A stretch of DNA of 64,000 nt from contig CP070705.1 in assembly GCA_020349965.1 (NCBI GenBank), positions 1,885,789-1,949,788 of the forward strand. The letters are read 5' to 3'. Source of the stretch: a candidate division WOR-3 bacterium. GTDB taxonomy: Bacteria; Hydrothermota; Tepidihabitantia; SM23-42. The translations under genes and the position numbers were made by a program. Under the pieces are notes generated by a model that worked only from the letters and a program-made list of their open reading frames with translations, was not told the origin of the DNA and made no database searches. Within the stretch, counting starts at the first letter, position 1. Each line of letters starts with the position of its first letter. Positions 38,619-48,467 of the stretch are shown piece after piece.

Positions 38619-39045
38619 GCTAAGGCCTTCAAAAGGTGCAACGAAGAAACCCAAAAGAGTCGGACGCGGTCCTGGATCAGGGCACGGAAAGACCTCCACA
38701 CGCGGCCACAAAGGCCATCAACAGCGATCCGGATTCCGCAAGAAACTGGGCTTTGAGGGTGGGCAGATGCCTCTTACGATAAGAATTCCAAAGCGCGGAT
38801 TCATCAACGTCTTCAAGGAGCAGTACGAAATTGTAAATCTCGAGAGTCTCAACAAATTTGAGCCTAACACGGAAATTACTCCCGAGTTACTGAAAGTCAA
38901 GGGATTGATCAGAGGTAGGAACAAAGTGAAAATACTCGGTAACGGAGAACTCTCCATACCGTTGACGGTCAAGGCCCACAGATTTTCGAAATCGGCGCGC
39001 GAGAAGATATTGAAAGCGAACGGAAAGGCCGAGCAGATCACATGA
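38605..39045 (+). CDS. rplO: 50S ribosomal protein L15
   Basis: Gly/Arg-rich N-terminus KRVGRGPGSGHGKTSTRGHKG. Confidence 0.9.
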   Translation: MKLNELRPSKGATKKPKRVGRGPGSGHGKTSTRGHKGHQQRSGFRKKLGFEGGQMPLTIRIPKRGFINVFKEQYEIVNLESLNKFEPNTEITPELLKVKGLIRGRNKVKILGNGELSIPLTVKAHRFSKSAREKILKANGKAEQIT

Positions 39046-40355
39046 TCTCAACGTTCGGTAACGTATTCAAGGTTCCAGAATTAAAGAAGAAACTCCTCTT
39101 TACACTCTTCGCGGTAGCAGTCTACCGCCTCGGTGCTCACCTACCCCTCCCCGGCATCAATGCCCAGGCACTAGGATTGCTGATGCAGCAGTTGAAACAA
39201 CAGGGATCGATATTTGGCATGTACGATATCTTCGTTGGCGGAGCGCTTTCGCGAGCGGCGATCCTCTTCCTTGGCGTCATGCCCTACATCTCAGCATCGA
39301 TCATCTTTCAGTTACTTGGCTCGGTGTTCCCTCAGATCGAAAGGCTTCAGCGTGACCAGGCCGGCCGGAGGAAGATCACTCAATACACAAGATATCTAAC
39401 GGTTGGTCTGGCAGCCTTCCAGGCGATCAGCATCTCGATCTTTCTGGAGAGTCAGAAATTTACGGGCGCCACAGGTGTCATTCCCATTGTGTTCAACCCT
39501 GGCTGGGCCTTCAGGCTCACGGCCATGCTGACCCTGACGTGCGGGGCAATATTTGCTATGTGGATCGGTGAGCAGATCACTGAAAAGGGTATCGGTAATG
39601 GTATCTCTTTCCTGATATTCATCGGTTGTCTCGAAGAGTATCCGAGCTACTTCCTCCGCACGATACAATTGGTCATGACCCAAGGGCTTTCAATCATAAA
39701 CCTAGTCCTGGTGATCGTGATCATGGTCTTTATCGTCGCCGCCGTCGTCATAATGACACAGGCTGCGCGACGCATCCCTGTCCAGTATCCTAAACGGATC
39801 GTAGGACGCAGAATGTACGGAGGACAGTCGACCTTCCTGCCGTTGCGCGTCAACACCGCCGGCGTTATCCCGATCATCTTTGCGCAGGCCCTCGTGGTCT
39901 TCCCGGGCACTGTTGCCGCCTATGTCCCGGCGCTGCAGACTCTCACCCAGACCTTCAGGCCAGGACATTTTCTCTATGACATTGTATTCTTCTCGTTGAT
40001 CGTCTTCTTCACCTATTTCTACACATCGGTGGTATTCAATCCGGTGGAACTGTCTGATAATATGAAGCGGTACGGTGGGTTCATTCCGGGCATCAGGCCG
40101 GGACCCAGGACAGCTAATTACGTCGACGGCGTCCTATCGAAAATAACTCTGCCGGGAGCACTGTTTCTCGGTTTCATCGCGCTTGTACCTTGGTATTTAA
40201 TAAATTTCCTCAACGTACCATTTTACTTTGGCGGAACGACCCTGTTGATCATCGTCGGTGTTGCCCTTGACACGCTGCAGCAGATAGAATCCCAATTGAT
40301 GATGTACCACTACGAAGGTTTCATGAAGCGAGGGAAGATCAGGGGTCGTCGATGA
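39042..40355 (+). CDS. secY: Preprotein translocase SecY
   Basis: 437 aa, 10 TM helices. Canonical position. Confidence 0.95.
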   Translation: MISTFGNVFKVPELKKKLLFTLFAVAVYRLGAHLPLPGINAQALGLLMQQLKQQGSIFGMYDIFVGGALSRAAILFLGVMPYISASIIFQLLGSVFPQIERLQRDQAGRRKITQYTRYLTVGLAAFQAISISIFLESQKFTGATGVIPIVFNPGWAFRLTAMLTLTCGAIFAMWIGEQITEKGIGNGISFLIFIGCLEEYPSYFLRTIQLVMTQGLSIINLVLVIVIMVFIVAAVVIMTQAARRIPVQYPKRIVGRRMYGGQSTFLPLRVNTAGVIPIIFAQALVVFPGTVAAYVPALQTLTQTFRPGHFLYDIVFFSLIVFFTYFYTSVVFNPVELSDNMKRYGGFIPGIRPGPRTANYVDGVLSKITLPGALFLGFIALVPWYLINFLNVPFYFGGTTLLIIVGVALDTLQQIESQLMMYHYEGFMKRGKIRGRR

Positions 40356-41020
40356 GGATACTACTTTTCGGTCCGCCAGGCGTTGGTAAAGGCACGCAGG
40401 CACAGCTTCTCACTGAAAAATACGACATGGTGAGACTCTCCTCAGGTGATCTATTACGCGAAGAAGTATCCTTGAGCAGTCCAATCGGCAAGAAGGTCGA
40501 GCAGTTCCTCAGGAAGGGACATCTTGTGCCTGATGATATTATATATGAACTCGTCGACAGTTTCCTTCTTGAAAATAAAGAGTCTGATATTCTCTTCGAT
40601 GGGTTTCCAAGAAACCTCAATCAGGCGCGTAGCCTTGAGAAGAGCCTTGCTCAATTGGGACAGACCATAGACATTGCATTTGAGATGTATTTGGACGAAG
40701 AAGATCTGATTAAAAGACTGACCGACCGGCGTTACTGCCCAAAATGCGGTCGCATATACAATTCTACCACAAACCCTCCGAAAACCGAAGGCATATGCGA
40801 TGTCGATCGAGTAAAGCTCTCAAGAAGGGAAGATGATAATCCAGATGTCATCAAGAGAAGACTTACAATCTACAAGGATGAAACACGACCGCTCGTCAAT
40901 TATTACAAATCATTGAATATCTACCGCCGCATCGACGCGAAGGGAAATCAGGAAGAAGTATTAGGGAGAATCAGCGAAGCCGTTAATGGACACATTGATA
41001 ACAAATGCAGAAGCAATTGA
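40352..41020 (+). CDS. adk: Adenylate kinase (long lid with Cys3-Asp metal site)
   Basis: P-loop GPPGVGKGTQA. Lid motif CPKCGRIYN...GICDVD. Confidence 0.9.
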   Translation: MRILLFGPPGVGKGTQAQLLTEKYDMVRLSSGDLLREEVSLSSPIGKKVEQFLRKGHLVPDDIIYELVDSFLLENKESDILFDGFPRNLNQARSLEKSLAQLGQTIDIAFEMYLDEEDLIKRLTDRRYCPKCGRIYNSTTNPPKTEGICDVDRVKLSRREDDNPDVIKRRLTIYKDETRPLVNYYKSLNIYRRIDAKGNQEEVLGRISEAVNGHIDNKCRSN

Positions 41021-41744
41021 AAGTATTAAGATCGCCGGCCGCATCCTTGATCAAGTATTCAAGAGCATCGAGAAGATGGATCTGACACGCATGAAGACCA
41101 TCGATTTGAATGACCGTATCGATACGCTGATACGTCAAGACGGCGGGATCCCGGCTTTTCTTAACTACCGTGGGTTTCCAAAGAGTTGCTGTGTGTCGCT
41201 GAATAATGAAGTCGTCCACGGCATTCCCGGCGACCGCCGCATTGAAAATGGCGACCTGGTAAAGATCGATGTCGGCGTCAAATACGGTGGCTATATAGCC
41301 GATGCTGCAAGAACATACCCGACAGGTAATTTGGCTCCTGAGGTGGAAGATATGCTCAAGGTGACACAACAGGCACTTATGGATGGCGTGAGTGCTGCAC
41401 AACCTGGAGCCAGGATATCAGACATCTCACGGGCCATACAATCGAGGGTCGAGAAAAATGGTTATAGTGTCGTCCGTGAATTGACAGGCCACGGTGTGGG
41501 CACATGCCTCCATGAGGAGCCGGTCATTCCAAATTACGTAAGCAACGGACCGGAATACCGTATTAGAACCGGCATGGCACTGGCGATCGAACCGATGGTG
41601 AATATGGGAACTTACGATGTACTGACGGCGCAAAACGGGTGGACAATACTAACGCGGGATAACTCGCTTTCCTGCCACTACGAAGATACGGTATTGATTC
41701 TCGACCATGGCAACATCAATTTGACTAGAATTACGGATAATTGA
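40986..41744 (+). CDS. map: Methionine aminopeptidase type I
   Basis: 252 aa. Metal ligands in the expected spacing (D...D...H...E...E). Confidence 0.9.
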   Translation: MDTLITNAEAIESIKIAGRILDQVFKSIEKMDLTRMKTIDLNDRIDTLIRQDGGIPAFLNYRGFPKSCCVSLNNEVVHGIPGDRRIENGDLVKIDVGVKYGGYIADAARTYPTGNLAPEVEDMLKVTQQALMDGVSAAQPGARISDISRAIQSRVEKNGYSVVRELTGHGVGTCLHEEPVIPNYVSNGPEYRIRTGMALAIEPMVNMGTYDVLTAQNGWTILTRDNSLSCHYEDTVLILDHGNINLTRITDN

Positions 41745-41745
41745 A

Positions 41746-41964
41746 ATGGCACGTAAAGATCTCATTCAGACTGAAGGGACAATACTCGAAACACTGCCCA
41801 ATGCGATGTTCCGCGTGGAACTCGACAACGGACATAAGGTCCTCGCCCATGTCTCTGGAAAGATGAGAATGAGTTACATCAAGATCCTGCCCGGCGACCG
41901 GGTGTTACTGGAATTGACTCCATATGATCTTTCGCGAGGAAGAATCGTATGGCGTTACAAATAG
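41746..41964 (+). CDS. infA: Translation initiation factor IF-1
   Basis: 72 aa S1-like fold. [30 protein letters not shown]. Confidence 0.95.
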   Translation: MARKDLIQTEGTILETLPNAMFRVELDNGHKVLAHVSGKMRMSYIKILPGDRVLLELTPYDLSRGRIVWRYK

Positions 41965-42023
41965 ATTGAAAAGGGTTGATTTTGTGGATAAATTGACTAT
42001 AATATTAGTTTGCAGGAGGAAAA

Positions 42024-42137
42024 TTGAAGGTTAAGGCATCGATCAAGAAAAGGTGCGCAGCGTGTCGAATCATCAAAAGAAAAGGCGTGGTAATGATAAT
42101 ATGCAAGAATCCCCGGCACAAACAACGCCAGGGATAG
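42024..42137 (+). CDS. rpmJ: 50S ribosomal protein L36 (TTG start; below the ORF-track length cutoff)
   Basis: Own translation gives (M)[36 protein letters not shown] with the C-x2-C...C...H zinc ribbon. RBS GGAGGA upstream. Confidence 0.8.
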   Translation: MKVKASIKKRCAACRIIKRKGVVMIICKNPRHKQRQG

Positions 42138-42242
42138 TAGTATGCACCTGATGATAGAATTACGGGTCATGACAGGCTATTCGGTTGTGCAGGGCCGCAG
42201 CGGAATCCACAGCGCGGGTTCCTGCCTTATTTAAGGAGGTTT

Positions 42243-42629
42243 ATGGCAAGAATTGCTGGTGTCGATCTGCCACCAAACAAAAAGGTTGAATATGGATTAA
42301 CTGCGATTTATGGTATCGGGTTGCGTACCGCACAGAGGATTGTCGCGCATATAGGCATCAACCAATCAAAGCGCATCAAGGATTTGACGGATGATGAGAT
42401 CACCAAGATAAGGAAGTTGCTAGAATCCGAATACCGAGTCGAGGGGGCACTGCGAGCCGAAATTGCAGCAGATATTAAAAGACTAATAGATATCGGCTGC
42501 TACAGAGGGCACCGCCACAAAATCGGATTGCCAGTGCGTGGCCAACGGACCAGGACTAATGCTCGGACGAGAAAGGGAAGAAAGAAGACCGTATCCGTAT
42601 ACAGAGGTCCGAGAGGAGAGCGCAAGTGA
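42243..42629 (+). CDS. rpsM: 30S ribosomal protein S13
   Basis: [26 protein letters not shown] canonical N-terminus. Confidence 0.95.
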   Translation: MARIAGVDLPPNKKVEYGLTAIYGIGLRTAQRIVAHIGINQSKRIKDLTDDEITKIRKLLESEYRVEGALRAEIAADIKRLIDIGCYRGHRHKIGLPVRGQRTRTNARTRKGRKKTVSVYRGPRGERK

Positions 42630-43018
42630 AGAAGCCAATCAGAACACCCAAACGCAAAAGGGGCACTAGGGTTGAATCGACAGGCATTGCAAGCATTTTC
42701 GCAACTTTCAACAATACCATCGTTTCCATTGCGGACACCAAAGGTAATGTTCTGTGCTGGTCTTCAGCTGGGCGTATAGGATTCAAGGGTACAAAGAAGG
42801 GCACTGCATATGCAGCAGCAAAATGCGCTGACGCGGCTGCGAGGGAAGCACAGGCATTGGGCGTTAGAAAAGTTGAAGTCCGCATTAAAGGTCCGGGACC
42901 CGGTCGCGAAGCGGCAATAAGAACACTGCAGACGGTCGGGCTGACGATCACGGCCATCAAAGATGTTACACCGCTCCCCCACAACGGCTGTAAACCACCG
43001 CGTAGGAGGAGGGTGTAA
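42626..43018 (+). CDS. rpsK: 30S ribosomal protein S11
   Basis: 130 aa. Canonical position. Confidence 0.95.
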   Translation: MKKPIRTPKRKRGTRVESTGIASIFATFNNTIVSIADTKGNVLCWSSAGRIGFKGTKKGTAYAAAKCADAAAREAQALGVRKVEVRIKGPGPGREAAIRTLQTVGLTITAIKDVTPLPHNGCKPPRRRRV

Positions 43019-43647
43019 TGGCGCGCTATATCGGACCGAAATGTAAGATATGCCGGCGTGAAGGCGAAAAGCTCTTTCTCAGGGGAAGCCGATGCTACAC
43101 TGACAAGTGTGCTTTCACAAGAAGAGGTTACCCGCCAGGCACGCATGGGCGCGTCGGGAGAAGAAAACTGACGTCATACGCCACGCAGCTCCGGGAAAAG
43201 CAGAAGGTCAAAGCCATATATGGGGTACTTGAACAGCAATTCCGCAAGACATTCACCAGGGCAACGAGAATTTCAGGAAATACCGGCGAGAATCTGTTAG
43301 TGCTCCTGGAAAGGCGCTTGGATAATGTGATCTATCAATTGGGATTCGCATCTTCACGCACCCAAGCACGGCAGCTTGTGCGTCATGGACATATTGTAGT
43401 AGATGGTAAGAAAGTGAATGTTCCATCTTATCTCGTGAAAACCGGGCAAGAAATAAAGTTGATCGATTCTCAGAAAAAAAATCCGGCAGTACTCAAATCT
43501 CTCGAGGAACGCGATCTGGATCGGATTGTCGGATGGCTTAAAGTCGATAAGGATACGGTATCCGCTAAAGTACTCAGGCACCCCAATCGTGAGGATATTA
43601 CGTTGCCCATACAAGAAAGTCTAATCGTTGAGTTTTATTCAAAGTAG
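43018..43647 (+). CDS. rpsD: 30S ribosomal protein S4
   Basis: [26 protein letters not shown]. Confidence 0.95.
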   Translation: MARYIGPKCKICRREGEKLFLRGSRCYTDKCAFTRRGYPPGTHGRVGRRKLTSYATQLREKQKVKAIYGVLEQQFRKTFTRATRISGNTGENLLVLLERRLDNVIYQLGFASSRTQARQLVRHGHIVVDGKKVNVPSYLVKTGQEIKLIDSQKKNPAVLKSLEERDLDRIVGWLKVDKDTVSAKVLRHPNREDITLPIQESLIVEFYSK

Positions 43648-43656
43648 AGGGTAAAC

Positions 43657-44640
43657 ATGACACTAAAACCGCTCGTAATGCCAAAAAACGTTGAAATCGA
43701 CAAAGAAGCAACGAACGATACCTTTGGCAGATTCATACTTTCGCCACTCGAACGCGGATTTGGCGTAACCCTTGGCAACTCATTGCGCAGAGTATTGCTT
43801 TCATCCATTCAGGGAGCAGCCATTACAAGAATCAGGATCGAAGATATCCTTCAGGAATTCTCCGCGATCCCGGGTGTTTATGAAGACACAATCCAGCTCA
43901 TAATGAACCTCAAGAACGTCAGGGTAAAGCTGCTGTCAGATGAACCGAGCAATCTATACCTTAAAGTAAAGGCAAAGAAAGAATATCTTGCCGAGAACAT
44001 AGAGAAGAATCCCAACGTGATTGTTGCGAATCCTGAGCAGAAGATACTTACTGTCACGGATACTAAGGTAAACTTCACGCTTGAAATGTACGTCGAGGCT
44101 GGCCGCGGATACGTGCCGTCGGATATGTTGAAACACGGCGAAGTGCCGGTTGGCACCATATTCCTCGACGCAGTCTTCTCACCTGTTCTCGCCGTCAACT
44201 TTGATGTCAAGAACACAAGAGTCGGCACACGGACCGACTACGATCATCTGGTTCTTGACGTGAAGACTGATGGCACGATCACGCCCGTAGAGGCGTTGGT
44301 CGAGGCGTCCGGTTTGATGAAGCATCATCTGTCATTCTTCACAAACCTTGGAGTAGAGCCGCAATTTTCTTCAAAAGAACAACTCGATGCCGAGCATCGG
44401 AGAATCAGAGAGATACTGAAGCGCAGTATCGATGAGCTCGAGATTTCGGTCCGGGCATCCAATTGCCTCAAAGAAAAGGACATAAAGACGATAGGCGAGC
44501 TCGTCAAGAAGAGCAGCAAGGAACTGCTTAGCTATGAGAATTTTGGCCGCAAATCGCTCAAGGAACTGGAGAAAAACCTGGCCAAGGTCGGACTGCACCT
44601 GGAGATGGACGTCAACAAGTACCTGAAAGAGGACATATAA
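43657..44640 (+). CDS. rpoA: DNA-directed RNA polymerase alpha subunit
   Basis: 327 aa. N-terminal domain plus C-terminal HhH (alphaCTD). Confidence 0.95.
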   Translation: MTLKPLVMPKNVEIDKEATNDTFGRFILSPLERGFGVTLGNSLRRVLLSSIQGAAITRIRIEDILQEFSAIPGVYEDTIQLIMNLKNVRVKLLSDEPSNLYLKVKAKKEYLAENIEKNPNVIVANPEQKILTVTDTKVNFTLEMYVEAGRGYVPSDMLKHGEVPVGTIFLDAVFSPVLAVNFDVKNTRVGTRTDYDHLVLDVKTDGTITPVEALVEASGLMKHHLSFFTNLGVEPQFSSKEQLDAEHRRIREILKRSIDELEISVRASNCLKEKDIKTIGELVKKSSKELLSYENFGRKSLKELEKNLAKVGLHLEMDVNKYLKEDI

Positions 44641-44643
44641 TAC

Positions 44644-45189
44644 ATGAGACATGGTAACCGCGTAAAAAAACTCGGCAGAACCAGAGAACATCGCCGCGCC
44701 CTGCTCAGAAATCTCTGCCGCTCTCTGTTCATATTCGAAAAAATCGAGACGACGCTACAGAAGGCAAAAGCAACGCGGCAAGTTGCGGAGAGGCTCATTG
44801 AATTCGCCAAGCGGAACGATCTTGCTGCAAAGAGGCATATATATCGTTACATTCCCGACCATAAACTCGTGAGAGTGATATGTGAAGATATCGGACCGAA
44901 ATTCACCAAGCGTAACGGCGGCTATACGCGTATCATTCGAAAGGGACCGCGTTTGGGCGACGGTGCAGAAATAGTCATACTGGAACTAGTTGAGCAGAAT
45001 GACGCCTCGATGATCGCGCAACGAAGGAAGCTGATTGAAAGAAGGAAACTCGCCGAGCCGAAGAAAGAGAAAAAGACAAAAGAGAAGAAAACCAGAGAGA
45101 CGAAAACCAAGGCAAAAGAGGAAAAGAAACAAGAAAAAGCAGCCAAGAGAAAAGCGCCGAGCAGAAAGACGAAAACCAAAAAGAAATAA
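44644..45189 (+). CDS. rplQ: 50S ribosomal protein L17 with ~60 aa Lys-rich low-complexity C-terminal tail
   Basis: MRHGNRVKKLGRTREHRRALLRNL. Tail is KKEKKTKEKKTRETKTKAKEEKKQEKAAKRK... Confidence 0.9.
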   Translation: MRHGNRVKKLGRTREHRRALLRNLCRSLFIFEKIETTLQKAKATRQVAERLIEFAKRNDLAAKRHIYRYIPDHKLVRVICEDIGPKFTKRNGGYTRIIRKGPRLGDGAEIVILELVEQNDASMIAQRRKLIERRKLAEPKKEKKTKEKKTRETKTKAKEEKKQEKAAKRKAPSRKTKTKKK

Positions 45190-45250
45190 AAGATCGTTAC
45201 CCTACCTGGTCTACAGAAGAACGATTACTATACAGTCGGTTCTCATTCAG

Positions 45251-47062
45251 ATGAAAACATATAACTATTTCGCAATAATCGCCTTCGCATTCCTTGCCCT
45301 TGAGGCCTGCGCTCCCCGCGCAGTAGTGCAGAGGCAACCTGCGCAACCGCATAAAGAAGTGTTACATGGATTTCGACGGGGACTTTGGGTACGAGCGGCT
45401 GCCGTAGCATCCCCCGATTCGATCACCCGCATTGCGCATATAGTCAAAGAAGCGCATATTACCGACATATTCGTGCAAGTGGTAGTCGGCGGTTACGCAT
45501 ATTACAATTCATCACTGCTACCGCGCAGCCAGTACTTATCGAGGATATCAGAGGCTGGGTATGACCCGCTCGATTCTCTGATCCGTGTCTTCAGTCACAC
45601 GCCGGTTCGTATCCACGCATGGATCAATACATATTTGTACTGGTCATTACCCGTACCCCCCGATTCGCTAGCCCACGTATTCTATGAACACCCCGACTGG
45701 TTCATCGAAGATGTCAACCATAAATCGATCGTCGACTACTCGTATGTTCAGTGGAAAAACCTCCGACTCGAGGGGCTCTACCTGGACCCGATGAATCCTC
45801 ATGTTGCCTTGTTCGTACAGGATATTTGTAGCGAGATCGTATCGCGATACGCGGTTGACGGCATCCATTTGGATTTCGTGCGGTATCCCGGTGTCCTCTG
45901 GGGATTGCCGCATACAGAAGAGAGCGCGGTACTTGCCGGCATTGGTGGCAATAATATCAGGTATTGTAGCACGATCGAGTACGGACGTTCAGACCTCTAT
46001 GAACGCTGGCAGATCTGGCACGCGTGGCGTCTGACCCGTGGCAGGCAGTGGGTGATCGAACGTATGATCAATGACATAAGCAAGAGAATCACTGCAAATG
46101 GGTTCAACCATGATATCCAATTGTCAGCAGCGGTCTTTGCCAACCCTTCATTATCCCGATACGCTTTCGCACAGAACTGGACTGCATGGGATCCTCGTAT
46201 CTGTCAGCCGATTGTCATGTCATATACGCCTGACATCGCGCTGTTTCTCGATTACCTGCATTTTGCCATGCGCAATCGCCCCGAAGCTATTTTAGGCATC
46301 GGCCTCCTATGGCCCAACATGGAAACGATTGCCCGAATGCAAGAGAAAGCAGCAAGAGATGCGAACGCAGCAGGTGTCTGCTACTTTGATTTTACCGGTA
46401 TCGATTCGATGGCAGACTTCGTATCCGTCTTGGACGACACCCATGAACTACAAGACGTGAGGCTGGATACAATGCAATTCGACGGATCATATGATGTGTT
46501 CATCTCCAGACCTCACCCTGAACATATATCCAAGGGAACGGCTCTTGCCGATTGGGGCACTGACATCGATTTTGCTGCATTTCTGTTATCTCTATCTCTC
46601 GACCCAAATCGAGACCTAGCGCGTATGGCGTTAAGCCGCCAAGATTTTATTGAACTGATCTCTCAAGATGTTGCGGCGTTCCTATACCTGGATCGTAATG
46701 TCTTTCCCCTGGCAGTCCACCTGATCGAACCGCCCCGCAGAGCTGTCCGATACACATTCGTGCCATGGCTAGAGGACGACTCAGTCGTCGTGCTCGAAAA
46801 GGCGCAGGCAATTTCAGAATTCGCTGACCAAACCCAATTGTTACCTCTATCGACCGATCCGTTCGCAAAAGCAGTATTCTCGGTTGAGCCTGGCCGCCGA
46901 GAGATATTGCCGACGCCGGCCGGAGTCTATGTCTTCGTCGTGGATTCACTGCTCGAAGGAGGAAGACTGCTCTCGCGAGAGGACGTGTCGCCGACGGCAT
47001 TCCCCATTTATGCGAACTGGACGATAAGGAGCAGGTTCATCGACCTCGTTGGAGAGAACTGA
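45251..47062 (+). CDS. Glycoside-hydrolase-like GHL10 family (YngK-like) lipoprotein. True start taken as ATG 45251; the ORF-track start at 45035 lies in the overlapping rplQ tail.
   Basis: Signal peptide plus Cys (FLALEAC). TIM-barrel-like segments ...VDGIHLDFVRYP... Confidence 0.6.
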   Translation: MKTYNYFAIIAFAFLALEACAPRAVVQRQPAQPHKEVLHGFRRGLWVRAAAVASPDSITRIAHIVKEAHITDIFVQVVVGGYAYYNSSLLPRSQYLSRISEAGYDPLDSLIRVFSHTPVRIHAWINTYLYWSLPVPPDSLAHVFYEHPDWFIEDVNHKSIVDYSYVQWKNLRLEGLYLDPMNPHVALFVQDICSEIVSRYAVDGIHLDFVRYPGVLWGLPHTEESAVLAGIGGNNIRYCSTIEYGRSDLYERWQIWHAWRLTRGRQWVIERMINDISKRITANGFNHDIQLSAAVFANPSLSRYAFAQNWTAWDPRICQPIVMSYTPDIALFLDYLHFAMRNRPEAILGIGLLWPNMETIARMQEKAARDANAAGVCYFDFTGIDSMADFVSVLDDTHELQDVRLDTMQFDGSYDVFISRPHPEHISKGTALADWGTDIDFAAFLLSLSLDPNRDLARMALSRQDFIELISQDVAAFLYLDRNVFPLAVHLIEPPRRAVRYTFVPWLEDDSVVVLEKAQAISEFADQTQLLPLSTDPFAKAVFSVEPGRREILPTPAGVYVFVVDSLLEGGRLLSREDVSPTAFPIYANWTIRSRFIDLVGEN

Positions 47063-47101
47063 TGTTTGATAATTTTCGTTAATTACTAAATAGGAGATGA
47101 T

Positions 47102-48466
47102 ATGTTCGATAAACTAAAGTCGATACTGGAGAAAGTGGATGCAGAATATGCTGACATACGTCATGAAACAAAGATAGAAACGAGGATCGCGTTCAATGGC
47201 AAGGAACTGAAGGAGATCGGCGGTAATACAACTGACGGCTATGTACTTCGTGTCCTTGACAGGGGAGGCTACTCTTCGATCGCATTCACCGATCTAGACA
47301 ACCAGGAGAAAGCAGTCCGAACTGCAATAGAGAACGCACACCTGATGTCTCGTTTCACTGAGCAACCTATTACTTTCGAAAAAGTCGATATCATAACCAA
47401 GGAATACACCCCAGATCTCGCAGAGGATCCACGTCAGATTTCGATCGATGAGAAATTGGCATTGACGAATAAGTACAACGACCTGGTGCTGAGCAACGAC
47501 AAGATAGCAACTACCAATATCAACTATCTAGAGCTTGTCAGGGAAAAGCATTTTGCGAACACCGAAGGTAGCGCGATACGCGAAGAACTTGTCACGAACC
47601 GAATCAGCGGATTGATAACCAGCCGGGACGGCAATCTCATCCAAAACGTAAGGGTCGCTGCTGGCGGCAGCAGTGGCTTCAGCGTCCTCAGAAACCGCGA
47701 GGCAGTCTTCGAAAACAAATCCCGAATCGCAACGGAACTCCTCAGAGCGCAACCTGTCCAGGGAGGATGCTACAATGTTGTCCTGAACCAGAGTCTTGGA
47801 GGTGTTTTCACGCACGAAGCGTTTGGCCATTTCTCAGAAGCCGATATAATAGAGAACAACCGTTCGATGCGCGATAAAATGAAACTGGGCACAAGAATGG
47901 GTTGCGAAAAAGTCAACATAACAGATGACCCTACCATGACCGGGCAGTTAGGACATTACCGTTACGACGATGAGGGAGTAATGGCAAGACGGACTCCTCT
48001 TTTGAAGGAAGGCGTCCTTGTAGGTCGTCTACACTCGCGAAGGACAGCTGCCGCTTTTGGGGAACTGGTTAGCGGTCACACCGTTGCTGAAGACTACCGT
48101 TACGCGCCTATCATCCGCATGGGTACGATATTCATCGAGCCTGGTGACGACACGTTCGAAGGGCTTATCGACAAGTTGGGTAGTGGTTATTACCTGCTCG
48201 ACGCGAAAGGTGGTGAAACGAGCGGAGAGAATTTCACTTTCGGCGCTCAATACGGTTTTGTCGTTAAGAACGGAAAAATCGGCGAGATGGTCCGTGATAT
48301 CAACATTTCCGGTAATCTCTATAGTACACTTGCGAATATCATCGCAATCAGTGACGATCTAAAGCTCAGCGAAACAGGAGGCTGTGGCAAGGGTCAAGCC
48401 AACATTCGCTCTTGCTACGGCACTCCGCACATTCTCATAAACGAGCTTATCATCGGAGGATCATGA
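47102..48466 (+). CDS. tldD: TldD-family metallopeptidase (peptidase U62), pair 1
   Basis: 454 aa. HEAFGHFSEAD (HExxxH-like) motif. Gly-rich C-terminal region. Confidence 0.85.
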   Translation: MFDKLKSILEKVDAEYADIRHETKIETRIAFNGKELKEIGGNTTDGYVLRVLDRGGYSSIAFTDLDNQEKAVRTAIENAHLMSRFTEQPITFEKVDIITKEYTPDLAEDPRQISIDEKLALTNKYNDLVLSNDKIATTNINYLELVREKHFANTEGSAIREELVTNRISGLITSRDGNLIQNVRVAAGGSSGFSVLRNREAVFENKSRIATELLRAQPVQGGCYNVVLNQSLGGVFTHEAFGHFSEADIIENNRSMRDKMKLGTRMGCEKVNITDDPTMTGQLGHYRYDDEGVMARRTPLLKEGVLVGRLHSRRTAAAFGELVSGHTVAEDYRYAPIIRMGTIFIEPGDDTFEGLIDKLGSGYYLLDAKGGETSGENFTFGAQYGFVVKNGKIGEMVRDINISGNLYSTLANIIAISDDLKLSETGGCGKGQANIRSCYGTPHILINELIIGGS

Positions 48467-48467
48467 T

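Noticed and set aside
42138-42242. 105-bp rpmJ-rpsM intergenic region as a possible S4-binding alpha-operon leader pseudoknot
   Set aside because: GC-rich segments are present (gcagggccgcagcgg...cgggttcctgcc), but I could not find a convincing stem set by eye. It is left as an unsupported idea.
45035-45250. ORF-track start of the 675-aa protein at 45035 (MKEGNSPSRRKRKRQ...)
   Set aside because: This Lys/Arg-rich stretch is just the rplQ Lys-rich tail read in another frame. A signal-peptide-bearing start at ATG 45251 (MKTYNYFAIIAFAFLALEAC) is the credible start.
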